Shown: positions 24,146-34,831 of the stretch, in pieces
How the letters are laid out: each line of letters opens with the position of its first letter
Position numbering within the stretch: the stretch's first letter is position 1
Source: a virus
Lineage: Duplodnaviria; Caudoviricetes
Reading direction: 5' to 3' (one strand)
Length of the DNA: 61,920 nucleotides
IMG/VR virus record: IMGVR_UViG_3300044833_000104
Coordinates: 1 to 61,920 of that record
The notes under the pieces: model-generated
Database searches by the model: none
What the model was told of the DNA's origin: nothing
Seen by the model: the letters and a program-made list of their open reading frames with translations, nothing else
Position numbers and translations under genes: made by a program

Positions 24146-26290
24146 CTAGTGGCAGTCTGGAACGATGACGCCATTGACGGTAGAGACGGCACAGGTGTAG
24201 TTGACAGTCCCCATCTTGGGCGCGGTCACTGCTACGGTTGCTGTCTTGGTCGAGCTCTTGAAATTGACTGTATCTGTTGGCGTAAATGTCACTGACAGCG
24301 TTGCCGTGCCTATCGGCAGATAGGTTCCCAGCGCAGGCGAGTAGGTGAACACCCCCGGCGTTGATGCCGTGGCATTCAGCTGGGCAGTGGACAGCGTAGA
24401 GGTGACAACCAAGGCCGCTGGGGCCCATGTAATGACGGGCGCGGCCTGCACAACTGGAGGAGGCGGAGGAGGCGGCAGGGGCAGGGCTGCTCCAACTACC
24501 TCAAACGCTCCGATGGAGGGCTGGGCTGGCCGCAGAGCGCCTGCATAGTCTGTGGTGACCCCGGCAACAGCGGCTCCAGCTCCTATGGCCGGACTGCCCG
24601 CCGTCAAGTGCGGGTCGATGGCGTCGATGTTCGACTCGGCGGTCAAGAGCGGATCGCCGCACTGGAAGGCCGTCTCGCCGGGGAGCGTGTTGTCCGGGCA
24701 GCCGGTTCTCATCGTGCTCCAGAGATTGTTCGTCGCGGTGATGTTGGCAGCGCCTATGCCGGTTTCGAAGTAGAACCCGGATGCGAGTTGGTTGAAATTC
24801 GCCGCGTCGGGGTAACCCTTGTTGATGTTGTTTTTGAAGATGATCTTTGTGGTCGGGCAGCTACCGCTTTTGCATCCGGTGTCGTACATCGTAGTCCCGT
24901 AGCCGACTGAGGTGTTGTTGGCCAGGGTGAGGGTCTGACCCTCCTTCATGCTGAAAGACCACTCATCGCCAGCGGCGCGGCAGAGGTCATGCAGGTTGGC
25001 ATTCCACCCGGGCGGATTTAGAGGAGCATTCGATGCCGTGCCGAGAAAGCGGCAGTTGCTGACAGAGACGGAATTTTCAACGCTGGTTGGGCCGCCCGCG
25101 CCGGTTTTGAAGGTTGCGCCTTCGTTGCCTTCCGCCCACGAGTTTGTAACATGAACCTGTGGGTTGTGGGTGAGGTCGTCTCCTTGGTGGAGGCCGTCAA
25201 AACCGTCTTGGGTGTTGTGGTGAAAAACGCTGCTATCGATGTTATAAATAGCGTCTCCCATAGCGATCAGGACGAGACCATCCCCATACCCCCACCCGCC
25301 ATCATCGTTGCCGTAGTTGTAGGAATTTTGATTGGGGGGAACGGCGAGGTTATATGGCTTGACCGCGTTGAATCCATTCCACCCCACATCGATGTGGGAG
25401 ATGTTGATCGTCCCAACCGATTCGCAGGACGCATTACACCCGCCGCCGTCAGCATCCCACCCGCCCATGCCGTTACCTTCGATGAACAGGTCGGAGGCCG
25501 TGGACACGTCGCTGGCGGTTGTGTTGTAGTGGCTTCCGTTGATGCCCTCTTCCGCCAGCCCTACGAGGGCAAGGTCTTTGAGGGTAAAGTTCGACGGACC
25601 TTGCCCGGTGTAGGACTGCATGAGGATGCCGACTTTAGCGAAGTTGTTCTTGTCCTGCACGCACGACCCTGTTACTGCGTTGTTCACGCGAACGCAGGTG
25701 TCCGGCTGGGTCAGTTCCATGCACTCTAGATCGACGTAGTTTGAACCGTGAAGATCAAAGAGGGCGTTGACTCCGTCGGTGCCTTCGATGACGGTCGGAT
25801 TGAGCAGGAGGGTGTGGGTGGGGTTATGGCACGCGCCTGCGTTTTTGCCGAGGATTCGGGTAGGATTCCCAGCCGAACCATTTGGCGGCGGCGGCGGATG
25901 GCAGCCATCTGTTCCCCCAGTGCTGGTACACCAGGGCCACGCCTGCCCCAGCCCGTTGAGCGGCTTGCCGTGGTAGTAGGGGCCAAGGTCTTCATATTGC
26001 ACCGTGTCGCCACCCGCGATGCGCCACGCAAAGGTGGACTGATTGAGCAGCCAGTACAGGTGATTTACGGCGCACGGCTGTGCCGTTCCCGATCCGGGGT
26101 AGGCGGCGTTCGTGGTGCCGGTGCATTGCGTTGCCGTGCCGCCGTCCAACCGGACATACCAGGTAGTCGGTGTGGGCGCTACGATGCCGCTCTGCATGGC
26201 CATGATGGAGCTGACGTGCGGGCGGTAGGTTTGGGCGGGAAGGCTCAGGCAGCATAGAACGGCGGCGAACACGAGCAGGAATCTGCGCAT
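24146..26290 (-). CDS. Secreted parallel beta-helix (pectin-lyase-like) protein with C-terminal Ig-like domain
   Basis: Signal peptide MRRFLLVFAAVLCCLSLPA-Q; Asn/Gly/Asp-rich coils (HHNTQDGFDGLH); DPHLTAGSPAIGAG...PSIGAFE end motif; poly-Pro linker. Confidence 0.75.
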   Translation of the reverse strand: MRRFLLVFAAVLCCLSLPAQTYRPHVSSIMAMQSGIVAPTPTTWYVRLDGGTATQCTGTTNAAYPGSGTAQPCAVNHLYWLLNQSTFAWRIAGGDTVQYEDLGPYYHGKPLNGLGQAWPWCTSTGGTDGCHPPPPPNGSAGNPTRILGKNAGACHNPTHTLLLNPTVIEGTDGVNALFDLHGSNYVDLECMELTQPDTCVRVNNAVTGSCVQDKNNFAKVGILMQSYTGQGPSNFTLKDLALVGLAEEGINGSHYNTTASDVSTASDLFIEGNGMGGWDADGGGCNASCESVGTINISHIDVGWNGFNAVKPYNLAVPPNQNSYNYGNDDGGWGYGDGLVLIAMGDAIYNIDSSVFHHNTQDGFDGLHQGDDLTHNPQVHVTNSWAEGNEGATFKTGAGGPTSVENSVSVSNCRFLGTASNAPLNPPGWNANLHDLCRAAGDEWSFSMKEGQTLTLANNTSVGYGTTMYDTGCKSGSCPTTKIIFKNNINKGYPDAANFNQLASGFYFETGIGAANITATNNLWSTMRTGCPDNTLPGETAFQCGDPLLTAESNIDAIDPHLTAGSPAIGAGAAVAGVTTDYAGALRPAQPSIGAFEVVGAALPLPPPPPPPVVQAAPVITWAPAALVVTSTLSTAQLNATASTPGVFTYSPALGTYLPIGTATLSVTFTPTDTVNFKSSTKTATVAVTAPKMGTVNYTCAVSTVNGVIVPDCH

Positions 26291-26393
26291 GGTGAATCTC
26301 CTTTGCAGGTGATAGTGGGATTTTGGGAGTTCGGTCAAACCCTTGAAAAAAAAGCTGTTGTTTTGTGTTGCCGTACCCTACACTTCCCAGACA

Positions 26394-27413
26394 ATGGCAA
26401 CTGCGGTACTCAGCCCTACAGAGATTTCGGCAAAGCACCGCATCCCCACCCTCGACGGATGGCGCGGCATCGCGATCCTTCTGGTGCTGGTCAGCCATTT
26501 GCAGTGGGGCTTATTCCACCACGAGATCATCTCGACGGGCATTCATGGAGTCGCAGTCTTCTTCGTGCTCAGCGGCTACCTGATCACCTCAAAGCTTCGA
26601 GAGGAGTATCAGCAGACCGGCTCGATCAACCTCAAACACTTCTTCATCCGAAGGCTCTTCCGGCTCATGCCCGCCGCATGGACCTACCTGCTGGCGATTG
26701 GATTGATGACGCGACACGGGCTTGTACTTGGACGCCACACGATCCTGGCCTGCCTGCTGTTTTATCGCAACTTCAACCAACTCATTGATGCTGGGCCCGG
26801 CTCTTTCATTACCGGCCATTTCTGGTCGCTCTCGATCGAGGAACAGTTTTACCTCTTTTGGCCTTCCACTCTTTTACTTCTGGGATTCAGGCGAGTTCGC
26901 TATTTCTGTCTCGTCGTTGCGGTGATCGTGGCAGCAGTACGGTTGCACCATTGGTCGATGCTGATGACCATCGAGCCGGCAGAGTCGTTCGCAACGCAGT
27001 ATCGAGCCGACGCGCTTTTTGTTGGTTGCGCTGCGGCCCTTTCGGTTCCGCTTCTATCCAGATACGTTCGCGGATGGATGCTCGCACCTCTGTGCGCCCT
27101 TCTGATTCTCTGCATTTCGAAATACAGCCTGCTCATCCCTCTCTGGGAGCCGGTCGTCATCGCTCTGGCCATTTTTTCCACCTCTACAGGCAGCCATCCG
27201 GTGATGGCCCGCACCCTCGAATGGAAGCCGCTGGTTTATCTAGGAACCATCTCTTATTCGCTCTATCTTTGGCAGGAACCCTTTCTCTGGACGCACATCG
27301 ACGGAGCAACGTCTGCGGTGGTGCGGCTAGCTGTCGTCGCCGGAACCGCAGTGCTGAGTTACCACTTCATCGAAAGGCCGATGATCGCATTTGGAAGGCG
27401 GTTGATCCCCTAA
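26394..27413 (+). CDS. Acyltransferase family 3 (OafA/Oac-like O-acetyltransferase), moron
   Basis: LDGWRGIAILLV, GVAVFFVLSGYLIT, RRLFRLMP, HFWSLSIEEQFY, LGTISYSLYLWQ; opposite strand to the late genes. Confidence 0.93.
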   Translation: MATAVLSPTEISAKHRIPTLDGWRGIAILLVLVSHLQWGLFHHEIISTGIHGVAVFFVLSGYLITSKLREEYQQTGSINLKHFFIRRLFRLMPAAWTYLLAIGLMTRHGLVLGRHTILACLLFYRNFNQLIDAGPGSFITGHFWSLSIEEQFYLFWPSTLLLLGFRRVRYFCLVVAVIVAAVRLHHWSMLMTIEPAESFATQYRADALFVGCAAALSVPLLSRYVRGWMLAPLCALLILCISKYSLLIPLWEPVVIALAIFSTSTGSHPVMARTLEWKPLVYLGTISYSLYLWQEPFLWTHIDGATSAVVRLAVVAGTAVLSYHFIERPMIAFGRRLIP

Positions 27414-27423
27414 AGCTGAGCAT

Positions 27424-29961
27424 CTACAGCGTAGCGTTGCCCACGGTGACCCAGTTGAGCAGATTGTTTAGCACATAGTTGGCAGCGTCAGATGCAACGC
27501 TGATTCCTCCAAAGCCGATCTTGGTTGGCGTAATGAAGGTGCCCACTGCCTCCGAATAAAAGTTGATGAAGTTCACGCCGTCGAAGCTGTAGTCGAAGAA
27601 GAGGGTAGTGCCACTGTTGCGAAGCTGCACCCAAAGCGGGGAAAAGAAAGGGGAAATAGGATTTCCGGTAAATTGCGTTGGGCCGGATGCCACCGTTGAA
27701 TTATCTGAATTGACATTGTTGATCCTCTCCACGCGCGGCAAGATTCCAGTCGTTTGGGTGAGAAATTCAAAGCCCATCAGCTTCGTACCATCGTAGAAAT
27801 AAATCCCAGCGTCCTGTGAGCTTACGAATCCCTTGCCTATCGCCATTCTGAATTGTGCTTGAACCTTGTACGGCGTACTTGGCTGTGCAACAAATAATCC
27901 GCGCCAGTTCAAAGAGCTACTATCGACTATATGCATCAGGATCGGCCCGCTGCTAGAGCCGTTTTGAATCGCCGTTGAGGCACCCTGATTCACCCAGGTG
28001 AAGCTTGACAGCGCGGGGCAGCTACTTCCACCACCGCCTCCGCCGCCTGCTGCCCACTTCGTTCCTGTTGCTTGTGTTGAATCAGCCGTGAGCACCTGCC
28101 CATCTGAGCCAACTGGCAAACGTGTCGCAGTCCCGCCCGTTGCCCCGGCGATCACGTCACCCTTCGTAGTCATCGGGTTCGCGAACCCGGCTGGATTTGC
28201 CGCCCACTTCAATCCCAGCACTTGCGACGAGTCCGCAGTGAGTACCTGCGTGTCAGCGCCGACTGGAATACGGGCGCTGGCCGTGCTATAGCCTGCGAGA
28301 TCGCCCTTGGTGGTAGTTGGCGAACTTCCTCCTGCTGGCACAGCCCAAGTCGCATCTTCGCGCAGGAATTTGGTCGTTCCTGCTGTCGCTCCCGGATCGG
28401 GTACAGCTCCAACCGCGTGACTGCTTCCAGAGGCAACCATGACCGGGAGATCAGTGGCGGCAACTGCACGAAATGTAGGAACCGCTGCACTACCCGAGGC
28501 GGGGCCAGCAAACACAAGGTTCGCACTCTGGGCGTTGTCTGTGATTGCAATGGCAGGCGTCGTGGTTGGATTTGTAACCGTGACAGTCTGCCGCGACGGA
28601 ACCGAAGCCGAGACCCTGCTGACTGACCCCGTACCCGGCGCAATAGACATCTTCAGCGCGATCAGGGAAAGCCCAACACTGCCGCCTGTGGTACCAAACC
28701 CAACCGTATTCGAGTAGACGCCAGCAGCAGAGGCAACCCCGTCGAATCCGGTCACAATAAAAGGGGTGGTTCCGATATTAGATTGGGTGGCAACTTGCGG
28801 CCATGTGGGTGTGGTCGAGATTGCTCCCACTCCAAGCGTGGCCGCTGACAAATGAAGTATGTCGCCATAAGCGGTAGTTGTCACATTGCCCGTTCCCAAC
28901 GTGGCTCCGTTGGATATTGAAAGTGCGGGAACGTAGGCATCGACCGTGCTCTTCGGATACTCGTAAAGATTGACCGTTGGCTTGACGTTAGGGCTGATAT
29001 TTAGCGTGACTGTGTTGGCACCGCCCACTATGTTGGTGGCGATAAACACGCCCGAGGTAAAAGGCGTACCTCCACTGACTCCCTGCAAGTTGTAAAGCGT
29101 ATAAGTGTTTCCCTGAGTGTCGCTGCACGTAGGCGATGAGCCGCCTGCTGAGTTGTAAATAAATTCAAGCAGAATAGTGTTGCCTGCCACCGTGTTTGAA
29201 GCAAAAGTGGTAGCGAGCGTGCTGACCAGGACAGCCGAGCCGGATACCTCCTGAATCAAAGCGCTTCCGCTGACGATCTGAACCGCCAACGAGATGGCTC
29301 CACTGCCTAGGTCACTCACAGCAACCGACGCGCTGCTCTTGAGGTTGAGCACTGTGGACGAACTGTTGGCCGTTCCGTCGTGCTGGAGGGCGATACTGCT
29401 CCCGCTCGCTGGCACGGAAAACGTCCCATCCGCCTTCAGGAACTTCCCCGCAGCCGCCGAGCCCGCAGGAGGAGCAGGCACCGCACCTGCCGCTCCGCCT
29501 GAACCAGAATCGCCAGTGAACGCGCTGATCGCCAGCGTACGGTTTGCTGACAAGTCCCCGCCGCCCGTAAGAGGCGCAGTAGTCGCGATTGTTCGGCTCG
29601 TCGGAACCTTCGCAGCGAGGTCCGTGACGAGGTTAGTGACCTTCGACTCGGGCAGGCTGGGAATGTCCGCTGCGACCAGCGCACGCAGGATTACTGTTCC
29701 GCTAGATCCATCCGGCGTTGCCAGAACTTCATTCGCGGGGCCAGATGGCAGCACCGCCGACATCGTCCCGTCCGCAGCTACCGTGGTCGTCGTCCCATCC
29801 GGCTTTACCGTTCCCCGCAAAGACGCTGTGGCCTTTTGAGGGTAGAAGCTGATCGACTGTAGCGGTGCAGCACCGTCGGTCTGCGGCTTGACGTTCTGAT
29901 CCCCGGTTGGAGCCGCCGGGGCGGTGCTGTTGAGCAGGATGCTTACTGTTGGAGTGGGCAT
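27424..29961 (-). CDS. Tail fibre / receptor-binding protein
   Basis: Gly/Ser/Thr/Ala-rich; duplicated modules (TTKGD..RxPVGxDxQVLTADS twice; GAVPxP..KFL..D.T..VP twice); C-terminal lectin-like beta domain. Confidence 0.8.
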   Translation of the reverse strand: MPTPTVSILLNSTAPAAPTGDQNVKPQTDGAAPLQSISFYPQKATASLRGTVKPDGTTTTVAADGTMSAVLPSGPANEVLATPDGSSGTVILRALVAADIPSLPESKVTNLVTDLAAKVPTSRTIATTAPLTGGGDLSANRTLAISAFTGDSGSGGAAGAVPAPPAGSAAAGKFLKADGTFSVPASGSSIALQHDGTANSSSTVLNLKSSASVAVSDLGSGAISLAVQIVSGSALIQEVSGSAVLVSTLATTFASNTVAGNTILLEFIYNSAGGSSPTCSDTQGNTYTLYNLQGVSGGTPFTSGVFIATNIVGGANTVTLNISPNVKPTVNLYEYPKSTVDAYVPALSISNGATLGTGNVTTTAYGDILHLSAATLGVGAISTTPTWPQVATQSNIGTTPFIVTGFDGVASAAGVYSNTVGFGTTGGSVGLSLIALKMSIAPGTGSVSRVSASVPSRQTVTVTNPTTTPAIAITDNAQSANLVFAGPASGSAAVPTFRAVAATDLPVMVASGSSHAVGAVPDPGATAGTTKFLREDATWAVPAGGSSPTTTKGDLAGYSTASARIPVGADTQVLTADSSQVLGLKWAANPAGFANPMTTKGDVIAGATGGTATRLPVGSDGQVLTADSTQATGTKWAAGGGGGGGSSCPALSSFTWVNQGASTAIQNGSSSGPILMHIVDSSSLNWRGLFVAQPSTPYKVQAQFRMAIGKGFVSSQDAGIYFYDGTKLMGFEFLTQTTGILPRVERINNVNSDNSTVASGPTQFTGNPISPFFSPLWVQLRNSGTTLFFDYSFDGVNFINFYSEAVGTFITPTKIGFGGISVASDAANYVLNNLLNWVTVGNATL

Positions 29962-32900
29962 TAGTTCCCTACCTCGAAAGCCTGCGGTGCAGGCCATCCA
30001 CCCGGTAACGGGTTGGCCGATGCTCCAGCCGCGTGCGTGACTTGGATCGCACCCATGTAGGTGTACCCGGGGATGCCTACTTTGGCTGTGGTTAGCTCCG
30101 CAAAGACAGCAAGCACCGGGCTTTGATCACCCAGGTAGTCTGGATCTTGGATGGTCACGTAATACCATGTTGGCGTGCCACCCGGGTCAGGGATCGAGAT
30201 TGACCGCGCGTGATAGCTCACCGTCCCGCTCGTGAAGGCCACCGTAACCGCAGCGAGTGCGATATGCGTGGCGTCCGGCTGCGAAAGCGATATCGCTGGC
30301 GTGTTGGCGTAGTTCGTATTGTTGATCAGCGTCGAGCCTCCGCCATCGATGGAGCCGGGAATCGTCGGCTGCTGGAAGCCCTGCGCCGTAAGCTCCTCGG
30401 TCGGACTCCAGTCATAGATCGATGGGTCGGTCTCCTGCACATCGATTTCGGTTCCGAGCAAAGTTACCTCGTTGCCGTCCGCCTGTTGCTTGTTGATGGT
30501 GAAGCGGTGCGCCGCAATCTCCAGATACTTGTTCACCCAGCCGAGCAGCGGCAAGGTCATCTGCACGACGTCGAGCGCGGTCGTCTTGTACATCGCCATG
30601 TTGTAGCTGAAGGTTCCGGTGCCCTGTTGCCGTCGCCGCATCAACTCGATCTTGCAAAGCCTCTGCGCCGTCGGGCTTGAGATGGTAAAGGGCAACTGGA
30701 TATCGAGCCATCGCCGATCTCCGCCGTCGGCATATAGATTCACATCGCCAAACGGGATCATCGGAGAACTGGGGCCCGTATAGCCGTGGTCTATGTCCTG
30801 CGCATACGGTGGTATGTCGCTAGACTGCCAGTTGTTCGCCGGGCTGACATATGTGCCCTTGACGCCGTTGTAGAGGTCGCGGATGGAAACTTTCTGGCGC
30901 CAGCGGAAGGGGCCGGCGGCAATCGCGAGAGTCGGTGCCGTGTTCCCGAACGGCGCTATGACAATAGGGCCGGTGTAACCGCCAGGGAGGCTGTAGTTGA
31001 CGGCGATGGAGATGGCCATGCCAGCAATGTCACCGAATATCGCACCATCCAGCGAATACTCAAGCGCCATGTTCGCACTGAACGCAGCGAGCGCGGCTAC
31101 TGGATCAGTGAAGGTTATGTCGCCAACAAATGTTCCGTTTGCATGGTCGGGAATAGTCACGCCCGGGACGGTTGCACCGAAAACACTCTCGGAGTATTGC
31201 GAAGTAACGTTGGCAACGCATTTGATAGAGACAACGGTAGCCCCCGCAGGAAGCGACGGCATCGCAACGCCGGTCCATGTTGCATGTGCCGTGCCACGGT
31301 CTCCGGTGGTGACGGGCGGGATAGTTCCTGTGACCGATAAGGCGACAGGGGCAGGGGTAGTGCTCGTTGGCGGACTCACTGAGGCAGCGCCCGTCCCGGT
31401 AGTTGTTCCCGATGCTGGAGGATAAGCCCACGCTGTATATAAGCCAGAGACAGTGCCGGGGGGCGATGTTGGGCCGACTTCGCCACTGCTTCCAGCCCAT
31501 GCCGCTGGCCAGATCACGAACTGGCCCTGCGTGTAGGTCAGCCGGCCGCCGCATGAGGTCAGAAGGTTTTGCAGCACCTCGCCACGTTTTACAGTCAGCG
31601 GGAAGCCACCGTTGCAGTCATAACGCGGCACCGTTCCGCCCGCCGCCGTCGGCACCAACTCATCGCAGATGTTGGCCGCAGCTATCAGCTTGTCCAGCGG
31701 AATCTCTGTGCCGTAAGCAGCCTTGAACCCGAATACCGGATGCGCCAGATAATCGGCGATGATGAGCGCCGGGTTTTCGGTATAGCCTGTTCCAGCCGCA
31801 TTCGACGTGCCTGGTCCGGTCGAAAGCTGTATGTCATAGACATAGTGCCCCATGTCGTCATGGGCATCGGTGAAGGCCATCACTTGTAGCTGGCTCGTAT
31901 CTGTGGTGGGCGAGAGGGCGATGCTATCCCAGCCCTTGGGATGATCAGGAGAGTTATAAATCTGCGTCCAAGTGGTTCCGTTGTTGAGCGTGTACCAAAT
32001 CCCAGCCGACCGGCCGGTGAAGGTGAATGGGTTTACAGCAGAGAGGATGTTGAGATAGAGCGTTCCCGGAACCGGCGAGGCAGGCAGAGAGGCGAACTGC
32101 CAGACGCATCCGACATAGATGTGGTTATGGAGAATTTCTGCCGAAGCATAGGTGGTCAGGTCCGCATCTACGGCGCTGCCGGGATTCTGATATCCATCTG
32201 TCGTTCCGCTATCGAGGCCGAAATTGTAGCCCTGATCTACTCCCAGTTCATAGGCACCGACATGCCCATTGCTTCCCCAGCCATTGAGTAGCGTCGTCGG
32301 GCGCTGGAGGACGTTCGAGATTGCCGAGGCTCGCGGGTCGTAGATATCGTTCTTCCCGGAGATGCGGAAGGCAATCGTCGGCAGGCCGTTGGCGAAGATT
32401 GCGTCGTTGTAGTGCAACCGCAAAAACACAGATGTTTTGCCAAGGAGTTTGTGAGCTGCGGTCCACGGATTGCCGGGATAGGTGACGAGGTTGCCGGGGT
32501 CGCCATCATAAGGCGTTCCGCTGATCATGCCGGGGAAGGTCTCGGTGTGATCGCCGAGCAAAACCTCCATGTGAATCTTCGCCTTGTAGTTCGGCCACAG
32601 CGTCAATGCATCCCCGGAGCCCGAAATCGTCGTTGCGGCACCACCGCAGAGATACGAGAAGGTGACGCTGTCTATGACCGTCACCGCAAAACGCCCGTTG
32701 AAGGTGCCGTCCCAGACATTCTCAATTTGCAGCGTATCGCCTGTTTGAAGGTCTGTGATACCTGCTGTCAATACCGCAGTAACGACGTCATTGGTCCGGG
32801 TCAAACTGACGAAACCTACCGCTTGCTGGGTCGGCTCAAAGCTGCACCCGTTGTTATCCAGCCGAACCCGTTGGCCATCGAACAGCAGGGCATCCACGTT

Positions 32901-33194
32901 CTTGCAGGCGTGGCAGGCAAGCATGATAACCAAGTCGAGATACTTATTGCTGTCATCGTGCTCGCTGATATGGACAAGGACGCCGCCAACCTTTGCGCGA
33001 CCGTAGACAACGTTCCACGGTGCCGTTGGATTGCGGGAGAGCAAGGATGTGCCAGTGAGCGGCCCTTTAGATAACAAGGTGCCGATGCCGGTGAGCAGCG
33101 TGCCGATGCCAGCCATGATGAGCATTGGGTTGCCGAGTAAGATGCCCCCGGTTATCTCCAAGCCGCCAATGATGATGCCGACGTATTTAGACAT
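29961..33194 (-). CDS. Tail tip / central tail fibre (gpJ-like) protein
   Basis: VVYGRAKVGG, YTENPALIIADYL, YNGVKGTYVSP, LPFTISSPTAQRL; position in the tail module. Confidence 0.85.
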   Translation of the reverse strand: MSKYVGIIIGGLEITGGILLGNPMLIMAGIGTLLTGIGTLLSKGPLTGTSLLSRNPTAPWNVVYGRAKVGGVLVHISEHDDSNKYLDLVIMLACHACKNVDALLFDGQRVRLDNNGCSFEPTQQAVGFVSLTRTNDVVTAVLTAGITDLQTGDTLQIENVWDGTFNGRFAVTVIDSVTFSYLCGGAATTISGSGDALTLWPNYKAKIHMEVLLGDHTETFPGMISGTPYDGDPGNLVTYPGNPWTAAHKLLGKTSVFLRLHYNDAIFANGLPTIAFRISGKNDIYDPRASAISNVLQRPTTLLNGWGSNGHVGAYELGVDQGYNFGLDSGTTDGYQNPGSAVDADLTTYASAEILHNHIYVGCVWQFASLPASPVPGTLYLNILSAVNPFTFTGRSAGIWYTLNNGTTWTQIYNSPDHPKGWDSIALSPTTDTSQLQVMAFTDAHDDMGHYVYDIQLSTGPGTSNAAGTGYTENPALIIADYLAHPVFGFKAAYGTEIPLDKLIAAANICDELVPTAAGGTVPRYDCNGGFPLTVKRGEVLQNLLTSCGGRLTYTQGQFVIWPAAWAGSSGEVGPTSPPGTVSGLYTAWAYPPASGTTTGTGAASVSPPTSTTPAPVALSVTGTIPPVTTGDRGTAHATWTGVAMPSLPAGATVVSIKCVANVTSQYSESVFGATVPGVTIPDHANGTFVGDITFTDPVAALAAFSANMALEYSLDGAIFGDIAGMAISIAVNYSLPGGYTGPIVIAPFGNTAPTLAIAAGPFRWRQKVSIRDLYNGVKGTYVSPANNWQSSDIPPYAQDIDHGYTGPSSPMIPFGDVNLYADGGDRRWLDIQLPFTISSPTAQRLCKIELMRRRQQGTGTFSYNMAMYKTTALDVVQMTLPLLGWVNKYLEIAAHRFTINKQQADGNEVTLLGTEIDVQETDPSIYDWSPTEELTAQGFQQPTIPGSIDGGGSTLINNTNYANTPAISLSQPDATHIALAAVTVAFTSGTVSYHARSISIPDPGGTPTWYYVTIQDPDYLGDQSPVLAVFAELTTAKVGIPGYTYMGAIQVTHAAGASANPLPGGWPAPQAFEVGN

Positions 33195-33197
33195 AGA

Positions 33198-33626
33198 TCA
33201 AACCCGCCATGCTCTTACAGCGTGGTTGAGAGAAATTCGGCAAAGTCCCCGAGCACGGCACACGATAATTTCGCTCCAATTCAGCGCGATAATGCCAAGG
33301 GAAAAGTCTCGTGCGCGTTCGATGATCACGATGTCTCCGGTTTGAACGCGGCGCACCGGAATTTCCGGCATCTGTAACTTGGCGGTGATGCTTGCAACGA
33401 TGGCCTGTACTGATGTGGCACCGGTTGCTGCCTTGATCAATCGGTAGGCTTCGCCGCGGGAGCTGTACTTGTCGCGGAAGTCGCTGGCCGGGTCAACGCC
33501 GGTCATCTCGCGAACGGCGCTGCACACGAACAGGCAGCAATCCCACGAGCCGTAGACAAAGCGATCATGCGCATGGGTGCGAAGAAAGGAGTCCAGGCGA
33601 GCCTGCCAATCGGGTAAGCGTGTCAT
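33198..33626 (-). CDS. Tail-associated NlpC/P60-like protein
   Basis: DWQARL..FVYGSWDCCLFV..MTGVD. Confidence 0.8.
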   Translation of the reverse strand: MTRLPDWQARLDSFLRTHAHDRFVYGSWDCCLFVCSAVREMTGVDPASDFRDKYSSRGEAYRLIKAATGATSVQAIVASITAKLQMPEIPVRRVQTGDIVIIERARDFSLGIIALNWSEIIVCRARGLCRISLNHAVRAWRV

Positions 33627-34207
33627 TGATTGTTGATGCTTGAAGGCGTCCGGCCCCAGTAGATAGTCACATCCTGAATGCTGGCCACGAACTCCATGCC
33701 GCGGTCGCCGGGATAATCCAACTGCTGATCTTCGTTGGTGTAGCGTCTGTCCACTGCCACGTTCATCTCCACCAGCCGGTTTTCGCAGTTGATGGAGATT
33801 GTGCAGGTCTGCCCGTCGACATCGACGGTGGGCTGATCCATGCGCCCCGCCCACGAGATAACAGGGGTGTCGATTAGGGCAAGGGTTGCATCGAACAGGC
33901 CCAGTCGCACCAAGACGGGAAGTCCGACCTGAAACTCCGTCATTATGTCGGCCAACAGAGTGGTGTCGATGCCGCTCATGGTAAGCGTGATTCCCTTGGC
34001 GTCGATGCTCGATCCTTCTTCGATAGTTGAGATGGAGCCAAGAGTACCGACGCCAAGCCACGTCAGACCGCCCCAAACGATCGAGCCGCGCCCCGTCCAT
34101 ACGTAGATCGGGCCGTTGACAAAATGCGCCTCGACAAACAACGCGGGCCGCGGATTGGTTGATTGAATCGCCGCGAGTTGCCCTGAACTCAATCCGTCGC
34201 GCGGCAT
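33623..34207 (-). CDS. Minor tail / baseplate hub protein
   Basis: WTGRGSIVWGG..WLGVG, RRYTNEDQQLDYPGDRG; synteny. Confidence 0.78.
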   Translation of the reverse strand: MPRDGLSSGQLAAIQSTNPRPALFVEAHFVNGPIYVWTGRGSIVWGGLTWLGVGTLGSISTIEEGSSIDAKGITLTMSGIDTTLLADIMTEFQVGLPVLVRLGLFDATLALIDTPVISWAGRMDQPTVDVDGQTCTISINCENRLVEMNVAVDRRYTNEDQQLDYPGDRGMEFVASIQDVTIYWGRTPSSINNQ

Positions 34208-34828
34208 CTAGAGGGCCTCTCTGCAATCGAATTGAAGGCCGTATACACGCGCCGCCGTCTCCGACCACTTTCGCGCATTGGTCTTGAGACGCATGAGAAC
34301 CTTTACGTTGTTCAGAATGATTGAATCGCCGTCGGCGGGCGATTCACGCAGACTCGGCCAGATGCTCAGAGCCGCGTTGCCACTGCCATCTGCGTTTGCC
34401 GTGCCTAGATTGCGATAGGCGCGGTACCCAATCTGTAGCCAGTCGCCGGGTAGAAGAATCCCGCTTGCTCCTGCCGTCCATCCCTTCGTGTTTAGCGAGA
34501 ATCCGCTTTGCGATGCGCCGTTGACCAGCGGCGTGCCTGCACCGCTCCCCTGCGGAGCAACCGCCAACGGGTCTCCGAGTTGGAAGACGTTCGCCTGCCC
34601 TCGCAGCCCAAGTTGGAAGGCAATCCACGCCTGCGCCTGCACGTGAGTCAGTGGAGGGTAGGAGACGGATGCCTCCAGCCATCCCTGCTGCCAGTCCTGC
34701 ACCTGTTGCTGGCCGGTGAAGGGCGAGATGCTCAGCGCAATGATGTCCGTTGCCGTAAAGTCAATCGTCGCCGGTGCCGATGGCGTCGTCGGCATCGAAA
34801 TGATGTTCCAACCGTTGAATGTGGGCAT
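34208..34828 (-). CDS. Distal tail (Dit-like) protein
   Basis: SPFTGQQQVQ and LRGQANVF; follows the tape measure gene. Confidence 0.75.
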   Translation of the reverse strand: MPTFNGWNIISMPTTPSAPATIDFTATDIIALSISPFTGQQQVQDWQQGWLEASVSYPPLTHVQAQAWIAFQLGLRGQANVFQLGDPLAVAPQGSGAGTPLVNGASQSGFSLNTKGWTAGASGILLPGDWLQIGYRAYRNLGTANADGSGNAALSIWPSLRESPADGDSIILNNVKVLMRLKTNARKWSETAARVYGLQFDCREAL

Positions 34829-34831
34829 CGG

